This document shows, one piece after another, positions 1 through 12,066 of a stretch of 64,000 bases of DNA. Below the pieces are notes generated by a model. The model saw nothing but the letters and a program-made list of their open reading frames with translations. It was not told the origin of the DNA and did no database searches. The stretch spans positions 1 through 64,000 of the forward strand of contig JALGPX010000046.1 in the NCBI GenBank assembly GCA_023515795.1. The letters are read 5' to 3'. Within the stretch, counting starts at the first letter, position 1, and each line of letters opens with the position of its first letter. A program made the translations under genes and the position numbers. Origin of the DNA: Amoeboaphelidium occidentale. Its lineage: Eukaryota.

Positions 1-96
1 GTAGAGAGAATAATATGCAATACTGAACAATAAACATGCTAGGTGGTCCGTCCGAAGGACGGGTGGCCATCTAGTCCAAACTCAAAAAAAGCTTGA

Positions 97-1383
<1,287 letters not shown>

Positions 1384-1423
1384 AAGAAAGGAATAAGGAC
1401 ATGTAGTTGTATTCGGAATGCTT

Positions 1424-4151
1424 TCAGCTGAAATCAAATCCAGCCCCGCTTTTAATAGCAGTCAATAAGTTGCTTTTGAGAACATCTTGTGATTTGTAAA
1501 TAGGTAATTTCAGTAGGTTGACACAAGTGGAAGCAGTAGGTAATCTTTCCTCATCGTTGCCGGAATCTCTTATACAAAGTTTAGGACTGAGCTCTTTGAA
1601 ACCTAAAATAGGCGNNNNNNNNNNNNNNNNNNNNNAGAACATCTTGTGATTTGTAAATAGGTAATTTCAGTAGGTTGACACAAGTGGAAGCAGTTGGTAA
1701 TCTTTCCTCATCGTTGCCGGAATCTCTTATACAAAGTTTAGGACTGAGCTCTTTGAAACCTAAAATAGGCGGCCTTGAACAACTTGTAACAAATTTCACA
1801 ACAGCTCTGCGATCTTCACTATTGAATTCTTCCATGGTATTCCAGAATGCAATAATTGTGGGATGATCCTGATCGTAAACACCAGTATATACGGTATTAT
1901 TTTTTAAATCTTCAATGTCTACTTCAACTTCAACGCCACTGATAAGTATATGAAGCTCTTCCTTATTGAACATTCGAATCCAGTCGACATCAATGACTTG
2001 TCTGAATCCTTCAATGAATGCATTAACTTGAGGTTTCAACTGGATACTCAGTTTATATTTTGCTACCGCATGAATATATCTGAACTTATTCTCGTTTGTA
2101 ACTGGGATTTCTGATCCTCTTGCACATAGTTCAGTTGTTTGATTCTTGGTATCAAGTGTAAAAGACAAGCCTAGATCTGAAACGTCTCCATTGTATGTTC
2201 GAAGAAAAACCAAATTCTTATACAATTCAGGATCTACCTTCTTCAATTCATCCAAAGATTCAACATCTCGATTCTCTCCAAGTAACTTGCTTAAGAAGAA
2301 GCCAGCAAACCCTTGGTCAAGCAGTACACCAGAATACAAAGCACGTCCTTCAAATGAGATAGTCTAAAAGCAAATTACCTATCACCAGGCCCAAGAAATA
2401 AAAGTACTTTAACTGAGCATTGCTTTCTGGAGATGGATAAAGCAATCCGTCACTTGTCTCAGCAAACAGACCTGAATATAAATCGTCATTTTTGTCCTAG
2501 AAACATTACCTTTGTCAAATATGTCTTTCAATAAGCTAGTAATAAATTCCTTGAAGACTCCTCCACCATCAATTCCTTCTTCCTGATAGCCTAGTTCAGA
2601 AACAAAAGTAATCTGAAGTCGATTCTTAATATCGCTACCAAGCCTCATCAAATGATCGAACCCATCCTCAAATATCAAAGCACGATGAATAACCATAGGT
2701 GGAAATCGCTTGTGATATTTGAATGAATCCAAATTGCAAACGCGCCTGAATATTTTTACCCGTTGGTCAAATGAAACAAGAAACGGTGCCTTCCTGATAA
2801 CATCCACATCTCTAATAAAAGGCGCAAATGTAGAATTCTTTAGATCAGCCTCTTCCATTAAAAGTAAGTTTGGCAGTTCATGTATAGAAGACAGAACGTA
2901 AACATCCCAAACAAATGAAACAGGCATAAACCTACTCTCATAGTCATACTCATATATCCTTTTCAAGCAATTTGTAAGAGAATCAATGCAACTATTTATG
3001 AGCCCTGAGCATCTACCATTGAAAAAAGCTAGAACTATTGGATGTACAATCGTTGTGTAGCTGATCATAAAATCACGGCTCAGCAAACTTTTATCCGTAA
3101 TCAGCAACTGTAGAACAAATAAATCAGATACAAGTACAAGCAAACATTCTTCAATTTTAGAATAGGCTATGGCATTTGTCTTAATTCTCTTTATCAAATC
3201 TTCAGGCGTAATTCTTTTGAGTAAATTCGGTAGAATTTCATACTTTCTCCTTTTATAAATGAAACACAGAGTAAATAAGTACACAAGATCAAGGCTAGAT
3301 AGATTTGAGGATGTCAATACATGATATTTGCTGCCAAATATGATTTTGTCTTGAGCGCGTGTCTGGAAATCATCGTCATCATCATCATCATGGTCGAAAT
3401 TGTTACCACTAGTAACGCCATCAACGGGAAAATCAACCAAAAGCCAAATCAAATGTACAAACGTGTCTGAATAAATGCCTGAACCCAGAAAGTTTACGAG
3501 GATCGTCTCTGCTTGAGTTCTGTTGATCCGTTTCGATATGTGTTCCATATCCACATTGCGAACAATATCACCAAGCTTTGTATTACTTAATACAATCCCA
3601 CAGCTCATTAAGGGCATAGTTAAAATATTCAGTATCACAAACTCAAGATCATTTTCCCTTTGTAATATCAACTCGATAAAGAAATCGACGTGAAACTTTG
3701 CTTGAACAACCCTGATGAACCATTCACTGCCACCAACATGAAGAACAGCCTTTGACCGCGTGAATAATTTTTCCTTATCTTCAACTAAAACGTTCGGCTC
3801 GCAAAGGTATGACATGCACAGTTGCGCCAGCTGTTTCGACAAACCAAAGTCTTTTGGTAACTTTGATAAATCAGATTGCATCAGCAGTTCGTAATCATGT
3901 AAAAGAACTGCGGCCCGTATAATTGTGATATCATCCACACTTTCAGCTTTAAGTTCTTTAAGCAATTTACTTCTGCACCGATAGCCACGATATCTCGCTT
4001 GAATCTTTACTGCGCTAATTGTTTTCTGCCTCTCCTGCTCCCTTCTTAATCGTTCCGTGCGTATATCATCCTTATTCAGAGTGCTCTTATTACCAGACAA
4101 GTTGATGCCCCGTTTAGATTTAAAGTTCCCTTCGAAGGAGTAAAAATTCAT
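1424..4151 (-). CDS. HECT E3 ubiquitin ligase, UBE3B/UBE3C/Hul5-like
   Basis: N-terminal FEGNFKSKRGINLSG and IQ-like motif; EEGIDGGGVFKEF; C-terminal RLPTASTCVNLLKLP...GAGFDFS; 3' end duplicated across the N gap at 1615-1635. Confidence 0.9.
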
Positions 4152-4158
4152 TCCGGAA

Positions 4159-5015
4159 ATGTTGGACTTGACACAACCAGAAAAACTTTGGCGTGCTGAA
4201 ACATACAAGGCAGCCTTTGAAGAAGTCAAGCGGCGATCATTCGTATGGACAATTATCTCAGTTTGCACTTTGCTTTTTGTTATGCGCATACCTTCGCAGT
4301 GCTTTTCTGTTTCAACGCTGTACTCATTCAAGACACTGTAAATTTAGTATGACTTTTAGACAGAGTGATCATTTAGTCATTTCGCATTTACGCACATGTT
4401 CTTTCATGGTAGCCCTCTACATCTTTTAATGAACATGGTAAGTTTGTATTATGGGATCAGGGTGTTGAGACTATGCAGTTTGCTTTGCACGCTCAAGCGA
4501 AAGTTCTCGATGATATCTGTCCAAGTTTCATACAAAAGACGCTGCTTATCGTTGGTGCATCTATAGGTTCGCTTATTTAAGCTATTTCAGCTTAATTTTG
4601 AAGGCATGGCTTTGATACAGCTCGGATTGTTTCAGATCGTGCCTCACCAAGAGTGTGGTATCGGACTAAGCGGGTTTCTATTCTTTTTGGCTGTACTGGA
4701 TAGTCAAAGTGGAAATGCAGACGAAGAAGTTAATTTTAGTCTATTTGGCCTGCAATTCGACAAGAACATGTTCAAAGCACCGCGAGTAAATAGAAACTTT
4801 GTGTGATCCCACAATATTTGTCTGAAACAACCAAGAAAGAATTAATGAAGAAAAAGTATTATCCGATAATTGCTCTTTTCATTATGCAGCTTCTTCCGAG
4901 TGTTTCTTTTGTGGGTCACTTGTCTGGGCTGTTACTGGGCTACCTGTTTGTTCTGGCGAAAGATTTGTATCAGGGAAAGCTTGATCATGTAATTTCAATA
5001 GAATCTTCTCGATAA
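4159..5015 (+). CDS. Rhomboid-family intramembrane protease, multi-exon
   Basis: Exon fragments give HGSPLHLLMNM, GIGLSG (catalytic Ser) and SFVGHLSGLLLGY (catalytic His); hydrophobic segments. Confidence 0.75.
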
Positions 5016-5113
5016 CGCCTAAATAAATAATTTGTCTATGAGTTTAAGCTTAGCATCACCTTTGAAGTGATAACGACCTCACATGCTTCATTGTCCCTGA
5101 AGTTTTCCTCAAG

Positions 5114-5416
5114 ATGATCGAAGTGATTTGCAATGATCGTTTAGGAAAGAAGGTACGATTTGCGCCGCTCAATTGCTCTTATGATTTTTTAGGTCAGAGT
5201 GAAATGCAATGCAGACGATACAATTGGGGATTTCAAAAAGTTGGTTGCAGCACAAATAGGAACGAAACCAGGTGAGTTTAACTTCGATAAGTTGTCTTAT
5301 GACTTTGGATAGAGAAAATTGTACTTAAGAAATGGTACACAATCTTTAAAGATCATATCAAATTGGAGGATTATGAGATACACGACGGGATGTCCATTGA
5401 GTTGTATTATCAGTAG
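5114..5416 (+). CDS. HUB1: Ubiquitin-like protein Hub1/UBL5, 2 introns
   Basis: Manual splice gives [73 protein letters not shown]; absent from the ORF track. Confidence 0.95.
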
Positions 5417-5621
5417 TCGCATTCAATGCAATAAAATCTTTCTCGTTGGTTTAGCTCTTTGTGCCCTCACGTGATAACTGTCTCAAAGTTGTCCTTCTGC
5501 TAATGTACTGCTCTAAAGACGCCGTTACACCCTTAATTCGAAAGGATCTCTAATCAGTAGACCTTGTGACACAGGCAACGAATCAGCGCCATCAAAAGCA
5601 CGAAGCAACTGTTTCATCGAA

Positions 5622-6140
5622 ATGAAAGTATCTTCAGCAACACTTATTATCTTTGCTTATGTCGCCACTGCATCTGCTTTGTCTATTGGTCAGTTGATGC
5701 ATCTTCCTTCAATGCACAATGCTTACTACCGTTTGAGGGCATCACTGTTCGGGCAGTTCGACTATGAGATTTGTGAGAAGGACCAGAATACATTTGAATT
5801 GAAATCATTAGTGATCAACCCAAATCCACCTCAGAAAGGTAAAGAGCTGTCTATTGATGCAGAAGGATACTTGGCGCATGATGTAACAGACGGATCAGTT
5901 GTTCAAGTGTCTGTTGCGATAAATGGACGTCCATTCTTAACCAGAGAATTGGATTTATGTGAGGAAACAAGCAAAGATCCAAACGCACCTCAATGTCCTT
6001 TGACTGCCGGTGATAAGAAGATTACTTACAAGGTACAACTTCCTGAGAAAATCCCAAACTTCAAATACGACGTAACAGCAAGAATTATTGACCAGCAAAA
6101 CCGTCAAGTTTTATGTGCAAAGGCATCTTTACGCTTCTAG
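5622..6140 (+). CDS. ML-domain lipid/sterol transfer protein (NPC2 / PG-PI transfer protein)
   Basis: Signal peptide; INPNPPQKG, DLCE, QCP and terminal VLC cysteine pattern. Confidence 0.85.
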   Translation: MKVSSATLIIFAYVATASALSIGQLMHLPSMHNAYYRLRASLFGQFDYEICEKDQNTFELKSLVINPNPPQKGKELSIDAEGYLAHDVTDGSVVQVSVAINGRPFLTRELDLCEETSKDPNAPQCPLTAGDKKITYKVQLPEKIPNFKYDVTARIIDQQNRQVLCAKASLRF

Positions 6141-6188
6141 TTTAGTTGTTAAATAAAATACGTTGAATAAGCCAACAGTGCATGCAGT

Positions 6189-7931
6189 CTAACCAAAGAT
6201 TGTTGAAGCAGACAAGTTTTCTTCTGGTGAAGCATTGTCTGGATTGCTTTCTGCAATAGAGATCTCTTTTTGTAAAGAGCTTGACATCAGATACTCATAG
6301 TCGACTGTAGATCTTTGTCTTATTCGTTTGTACTCTGTTCTTTTTGTCAAGATTTGTTCTGTTGAAGATGAACGTAAAGGTTGTGTATGCTTCTTCAAGA
6401 AACCATCTTTCACATTATTGTTCAGGTCTGTAATAATTTTTTCAAAATCTAAATGTTTTTCTCCATCTGCCAATTCATGGCTCAGTGCTATATCAGACAT
6501 ATTTGGCAATACAAACTCCATAAAACCATCATCAATTTGTGTTCGTACATAATCTGAGAATAAAGATAATCTGACACCATAACTCGCAATCTCAGGTACG
6601 ACATCAATTTCATATGAGGGTCTTGAATGAAATGCTATCCAGATGCGATTCGAAGGCGGTGGTTTGAATTGGAACCTTGCTCTTCCAGATAATCTTGTAA
6701 GCTTTACTGTGACGCCAATAGGAACATCAAAAGAAGCGAGTAAATTATCAAATTGATACATAGTCTGAACTCGAGCTGATATTTCATCCTCAAAATCGNN
6801 NNNNNNNNNNNNATAATCTTGTAAGTTTTACTGTGACGCCAACAGGAACATCAAAAGAAGCGAGTAAATTATCAAATTGATACATAGTCTGAACTCGAGC
6901 TGATATTTCATCCTCAAAATCGAAGTTGAAATCAAATACTAAACCTTCTGATGCATTATTGCAAACTATCGAAAACTTTGTGGCCTTTGGGATGCCTGTA
7001 ATGTTTAAATCAGATAACTTCGTAGCATGTTCCCATATTGAATCTTGTGTCAAATCATTTGATTTTGCGACGATAGCTTTAGATGTAGAGGAATTAGACG
7101 ATCTTTTGACCTTCTGCATAAATATAACGTTGAGCCGCTTATGAAGGAAATCAGAAAATGATTTTGTTATAAACAATCGTTCCATAAAATAGTTGAACCA
7201 TACACCCTCTTCAACCAAAGAAAGAACGCCACTGTCAATTGTTTGAAAGTAAGATGAATATGATCTGGGCAGTTTGTGTCCAGCAGAGCTTTCGCCAGAT
7301 GCTCTTCGAAGAGCTAGAAACCAGTCCTCCTTCACAGGTGACGTCGGCATGTAAAGATAAAACACATTCCCAGCTGTTCTCTTAGACATGAGCTGAATAG
7401 GAAAATGTTTTGCATAAAACTCAAAGTCAAGCATATCATCCGGAACCAAGTTGACCATGTATTCTTGTAGGGACAGCTTCATATACACTGTATTATCAGT
7501 AGCAGCATCATTAATAATCTCAGAACATACATCATAAAACAGTGTCAATGTAGTATCAGATAAAACCGCATAGAAATAATCTTCAGGAAGCGATGGAACA
7601 TTCGTGTGATGTTTGTCTGAGCAAAGCACTCGAGCTAGCGACGTCGGAATGTGTTCATCACTGCTGATCCTGAAATGAGTAACGCATTTTAGCCAGCTTT
7701 CCGTGGCCTAACAAAATTAACAGAAATCGTAAAGTAATTCCATACATTCTGCTTGTTCAACTTCTTTGTCGACTGTTTTACGTTATCCGAGCCATTAGAA
7801 TTAGACTTCCTGCGCTCATTCTGGCTAATCTTGAGGTCTGCCAAGTTCTTAAGTATGAATATCAATATAATGAAGCATAGAACGAAGCCTGAGACAACTC
7901 CAGTGAGGAATATCGAAAAGCTCAATATCAT
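6189..7931 (-). CDS. TM + PH-like + SMP domain protein (Nvj2/TEX2-like)
   Basis: N-terminal TM; KEDWFLAL (PH-like end); WFNYFMERLF and KPPPSNRIWIAF...FVLPNM (SMP); intron near 7670-7710; N-gap duplication at 6799-6812. Confidence 0.75.
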
Positions 7932-8080
7932 AGCGAACAAGAAAACAAGTGCAGCGCTAAGGTAAGCAGGAGGCGCAGCTATCTTATCTGTTTCAACTTA
8001 CGCTAATATTTCTTAAACGCTCTTCAACCTTAAATAGTCGTATGGCTTAAGAAGGTTCCGTGCCTGGTTTTCTTTGTACA

Positions 8081-8656
8081 ATGTTGAAGAGGTCTTTTCG
8101 TGCTTCGCGACCTGTGCGCTTCATTGATACTTACCAGCTGATTTTGAGCTTGGAGAGGCATGGACGCTTTAATAGACAGCAGTCCGTAGAAATAATTAGT
8201 GTATTCAACTCGATACTGTCACAGCGCTTGAAGCATTCGAAAGATCTGAACATTTCTCTGGAGGATCTGAACCCACAAACGCTGGACTCTTCGATATCAC
8301 ATCAGAATCTTAAGTCGGAAATAGCAACGCTGCATAAATCATCTACAGAGTCACTGCGATCTTCTCTAAGTTCAATTCAGAGGGATCTAGACTTGGTGAG
8401 CTTAAAATTCAAAGAGGATTTTAATCAGCTCAGTACGGAACTCAAGTTGGATATGAATACAAGAAAAAGCGAAATAAAGGAGGAAAGACAGGGAAATTTG
8501 AATCGCATAGAGGCTTTACGGCACAAGTTGAGCATCGAAACAGGCGAGCTGAAGACTGAGATTGAGTCCATGAAGTTGGAACTCATGACAAAATACGCTG
8601 CAGGAATCGCGCTCTCTGTATCTGCAATGACAATACTTTTAATAAAGTTGCTTTAG
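8081..8656 (+). CDS. DUF1640 / CCDC90-MCUR1 / Fmp32-like mitochondrial coiled-coil protein
   Basis: Basic presequence-like start, FIDTYQLILSLERHG.F motif, coiled coil, C-terminal TM. Confidence 0.75.
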   Translation: MLKRSFRASRPVRFIDTYQLILSLERHGRFNRQQSVEIISVFNSILSQRLKHSKDLNISLEDLNPQTLDSSISHQNLKSEIATLHKSSTESLRSSLSSIQRDLDLVSLKFKEDFNQLSTELKLDMNTRKSEIKEERQGNLNRIEALRHKLSIETGELKTEIESMKLELMTKYAAGIALSVSAMTILLIKLL

Positions 8657-8666
8657 TTTCCGTGGT

Positions 8667-10865
8667 TTACTTTAGGTTTGATCTGACAATTGATCTCAGT
8701 TCGTCATGTTGCTTCGATTTCTTGTTGTCTTTTTGAGAGTTAGAGACTTTTAGCTTGTTCAATGCTTCTACGATCTTGCGAACTCTCTCGTCTTCTGATA
8801 GTATTAAGACTTCTATAACACTTCCATTATCGGGAGAAGCAAAATCTTGCGCGCCATTGAACAAATAATAATTCACGCATTCAAGCCATTGAGTCAAATC
8901 ATCTCCAAGACCAGGTTTCTTGAGCGGTTTGAATGGTTCTGAAGTTGAGGTTGTTGTAGTTTCATCTTCATAAGGTTTTAAAACAATTAGCTCTCTTATC
9001 TCGTCAGGTAACAAGCGCAACTGAGCATTCTGTTTTTCTGCTACAGATTGTAGCTTAAGAAATCTCGCAGCATGGCCTTTGCCTGATAAGAAACTGTAAA
9101 TTGTATTCGAAATCTTTCTTGCTTGGTTTGGTATATGTTCACCTTCAATTATCACTCTGCCAATTGTGGTCATTGATGTTTGTTCTTCAGGCAAATCTTT
9201 CAAAACATCCAAATCTCTTATTATAGACTGTGGTATGACCACGTACGTGTAATCTCTTTTAGTGTTCTGATTTGCCGCGGTTGGATTCTTATACAGAACA
9301 TTTTTGATCTCTTTCATGTGGTTCAGCAAGTAAGCAGTGTCTGGAATAAATACTCGCCTCCTTGAAGGAGCATGTCGTTTCTTAGATTGAGATGATGATG
9401 GTTCCTGTGTTTTCTTCTCGTTTTCTAAAGGTTTATCTTCCTTGTACAAAGCCATTGGATCCTTAGAAAGATTGTCTTCAAGGAGATTACTGCCTGAACG
9501 ACTCAACATTTCTGGTTCTTGTTCCACAACAACAACAGGTTCCTTCAATGGAACATCTTTCATTGAATCTTCAAAGGCTGTCATGCACGCATCCAAACTA
9601 GTTTCCGAGCTACCGGAAGACAGCGTTGATTTATGCAAATGTTGGAACAAATTGATAAACTCAATAAAATCGTCGTCAGAATTATTACTACGCATCGATC
9701 CAAATAAATCGGGATTATTATTCTTGAATGATATTAATTTCTTGACTCCGAGTCTAAATCTGTTAAGGGAATCATGATAATTCTCAAAATCTGAGGCATC
9801 CCTAGAACTTTCACGAATATAATCATACAGGATCTCTGAGATCATCTTTCCTGAAGTGTGCTTCAATTGAATTAAGAAAAGGAAACCAAAGTTAAGAATG
9901 ACTTCAAACTTGACCATGTCTTCCTCAGAAATGTTCAGGCATAGAATCCCACATAATTCAGCCAGCAATCCGTAAACTAACGTGAAGCACCACGTCAATT
10001 CCCACTTCTTCATTGCTTCCACGCTCACCAATTTGAAATTATGCTCAAGCAGAGAGTGACACATAACAACAGCGGCAATGAAATGATCATGCTTCGTTAT
10101 CAACTGTTGCTTGCTGCCTCTGAGTTCGTTCAAATATGTATCTAGTAGAACATGATCTTCATATGCAGCCCTCTTGCTAGACAGACTACTGGAAAACCAA
10201 AGCAGCCCAAACAATTTAACAAAGGAAATATCCAAGCCAGACATGACAGTATCAGAAAATGTCTTGAATAAAGCAGATTCCATATTCTCCATCATGGCAG
10301 AATTGGAGTCTGCTGCCCCAACCAACAGCGCATAATGATAATAAGTATGCCCACGCAAGAGCATTCCAGGGCGATGCAATGCATACAATTGAGCCAGCTG
10401 ATAAAACACATAAACACATTTATCGTACATGTTTGTGCTCAATCCTATTCTGAGAGACTCCTTGTAATAATACAGAACCAATTCCTCATCAACGCCGGCA
10501 TACTTTGACAGATCCCCTAAGCAGCTGAGGTAAAATAGCTTACGGCTGTGATAAGCAGCAGGAGATTCATGTGGAGCCAAAAGAAGAAAAGCATGATAAT
10601 GGCCAATTAGCGTCTGCAGCAGAGTCCTCCTTTGAAAATCATTCAGGTTGCTCGCAAGTAATTCCTGAAAAGCGCCCCACGATTCCGCTAAATTCCCCGT
10701 TGAAGATTTCTGCAGGTGCGAATGAAGTTTTTGCGATACGGTCGTCATAAGTCGAATTAAATCGAAGTGAACAGCGCGCCATTTAAACGGAACTATCGAA
10801 GCTCCGGACGCATTAATAGCCACGGGGGCTTTAAAGCACTTCTTTATTTCATTTGATATCAGCAT
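8667..10865 (-). CDS. EST1/SMG5-6-like protein with C-terminal PIN domain
   Basis: CLGDLSKY (Est1-type TPR motif); PIN motifs VFIPDTAYLL, VVIPQSIIRDLDVLK, VLILSED; start codon uncertain. Confidence 0.65.
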   Translation of the reverse strand: MLISNEIKKCFKAPVAINASGASIVPFKWRAVHFDLIRLMTTVSQKLHSHLQKSSTGNLAESWGAFQELLASNLNDFQRRTLLQTLIGHYHAFLLLAPHESPAAYHSRKLFYLSCLGDLSKYAGVDEELVLYYYKESLRIGLSTNMYDKCVYVFYQLAQLYALHRPGMLLRGHTYYHYALLVGAADSNSAMMENMESALFKTFSDTVMSGLDISFVKLFGLLWFSSSLSSKRAAYEDHVLLDTYLNELRGSKQQLITKHDHFIAAVVMCHSLLEHNFKLVSVEAMKKWELTWCFTLVYGLLAELCGILCLNISEEDMVKFEVILNFGFLFLIQLKHTSGKMISEILYDYIRESSRDASDFENYHDSLNRFRLGVKKLISFKNNNPDLFGSMRSNNSDDDFIEFINLFQHLHKSTLSSGSSETSLDACMTAFEDSMKDVPLKEPVVVVEQEPEMLSRSGSNLLEDNLSKDPMALYKEDKPLENEKKTQEPSSSQSKKRHAPSRRRVFIPDTAYLLNHMKEIKNVLYKNPTAANQNTKRDYTYVVIPQSIIRDLDVLKDLPEEQTSMTTIGRVIIEGEHIPNQARKISNTIYSFLSGKGHAARFLKLQSVAEKQNAQLRLLPDEIRELIVLKPYEDETTTTSTSEPFKPLKKPGLGDDLTQWLECVNYYLFNGAQDFASPDNGSVIEVLILSEDERVRKIVEALNKLKVSNSQKDNKKSKQHDELRSIVRSNLK

Positions 10866-10949
10866 CGAACACCAGTTTTTGTCTGCAACCAAAGAGAACT
10901 CTTTTGCTGACCCTGAAACAATCTTATCGCTCGCAATAATCCTTCAATA

Positions 10950-11975
10950 ATGCCACTAAATTCATCCGCTTTACCTTCCCGTAGAATCGATATCCAGAAC
11001 TTAAAGAATGAAATGAACCTGTCATTGCTGGTATCAAATTCCAACTCTAATGGTACATCTGCAAAAGAGCTTTACTGGAAGACTTTGAAATCGTTTCTAT
11101 TGGGAAAGCTTAGCAAGACAGACTATGACAAGACCATTAGTACGCTTCTTCTTAATTCCAGCCAAAGGGCTCTGCATAATGAAATTGTTTTGGCTATTTA
11201 TCATAATTCAGCTGAGCTACAAATTGCACCACCAGATGATCATGGCCCTTGGAATGGCGTACTTACCAGAAGAGTATCACAAATGACTAATGCTGCTATT
11301 GGGCATACATCTTCACAGTTACAAGAGGAGGATCGAAAGCTAAGAAGGGCTATCATGCAGTTTATGACTGCGAAAGAGAGGGAAGCGTTTCTACGGAGCG
11401 ATCCGGAAACTGAAGGCGTTTCGAGTACTTCAGAAGGGTCTGTTTCTGATTTTGCATTGAATAATCGGAAGCCCCTGTTCTCTGATGCGTTGTTTGGACG
11501 GGAGTTCAGTCGTGGTTATTTACATGCGACATGCGTTGAGTTATCTTCTTTACCGGACTTTTCCATGTTAAGAACAAAAATGATTTCGATTGCACGGCTA
11601 GTTTTCTCAGGTGCACCTCCTACTGCTCCGAATGTTTCTGGTGGTGTTAGAATGTCTTTATTGGTTACGGATGATGCTGTTTCATTTCTGAGTTCAGCCC
11701 TGCATTTTTATATCAAGAGCATTATTTCGACATGTTCAAAGCAACACCAGCTAAAACAGCTGCATCAAAATAACAGCAGCTCTTCTAGTAAGAGCTTAAA
11801 AGATGCAAACAACTTGTTAATGCAGTATTCGTCTTCTGATCAGTCTTTAATCAGAACAAAAGATGTCTACTTCAGCATGCTCTGTCGTAAAGGTCAGTTT
11901 CGATCTCAAGTTGGTTTAATAGGGAATGTTTTACACGAGCGCTTTGTCGCTTTACTGTTGGATATGGATGAATAG
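10950..11975 (+). CDS. SAGA subunit Ada1/Tad1-like
   Basis: RIDIQNLK...YWKTLKSFLLGKLSKTDYD...LHNEIVLAIYHN; C-terminal histone-fold-like segment. Confidence 0.7.
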   Translation: MPLNSSALPSRRIDIQNLKNEMNLSLLVSNSNSNGTSAKELYWKTLKSFLLGKLSKTDYDKTISTLLLNSSQRALHNEIVLAIYHNSAELQIAPPDDHGPWNGVLTRRVSQMTNAAIGHTSSQLQEEDRKLRRAIMQFMTAKEREAFLRSDPETEGVSSTSEGSVSDFALNNRKPLFSDALFGREFSRGYLHATCVELSSLPDFSMLRTKMISIARLVFSGAPPTAPNVSGGVRMSLLVTDDAVSFLSSALHFYIKSIISTCSKQHQLKQLHQNNSSSSSKSLKDANNLLMQYSSSDQSLIRTKDVYFSMLCRKGQFRSQVGLIGNVLHERFVALLLDMDE

Positions 11976-12066
11976 AAACTGCACTTCGTTTTTTGTGTGT
12001 TTGTGTGTGCGTTTCCACAGATTGTCGACGATCACAAAGACTTCCACAATATTCCGTAAAACGATT

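Noticed and set aside
2409..4331. ORF-track N-terminal extension of the HECT gene overlapping the rhomboid
   Set aside because: Homology begins at ATG 4151; the extension starts at a TTG and is antisense to rhomboid exon 1
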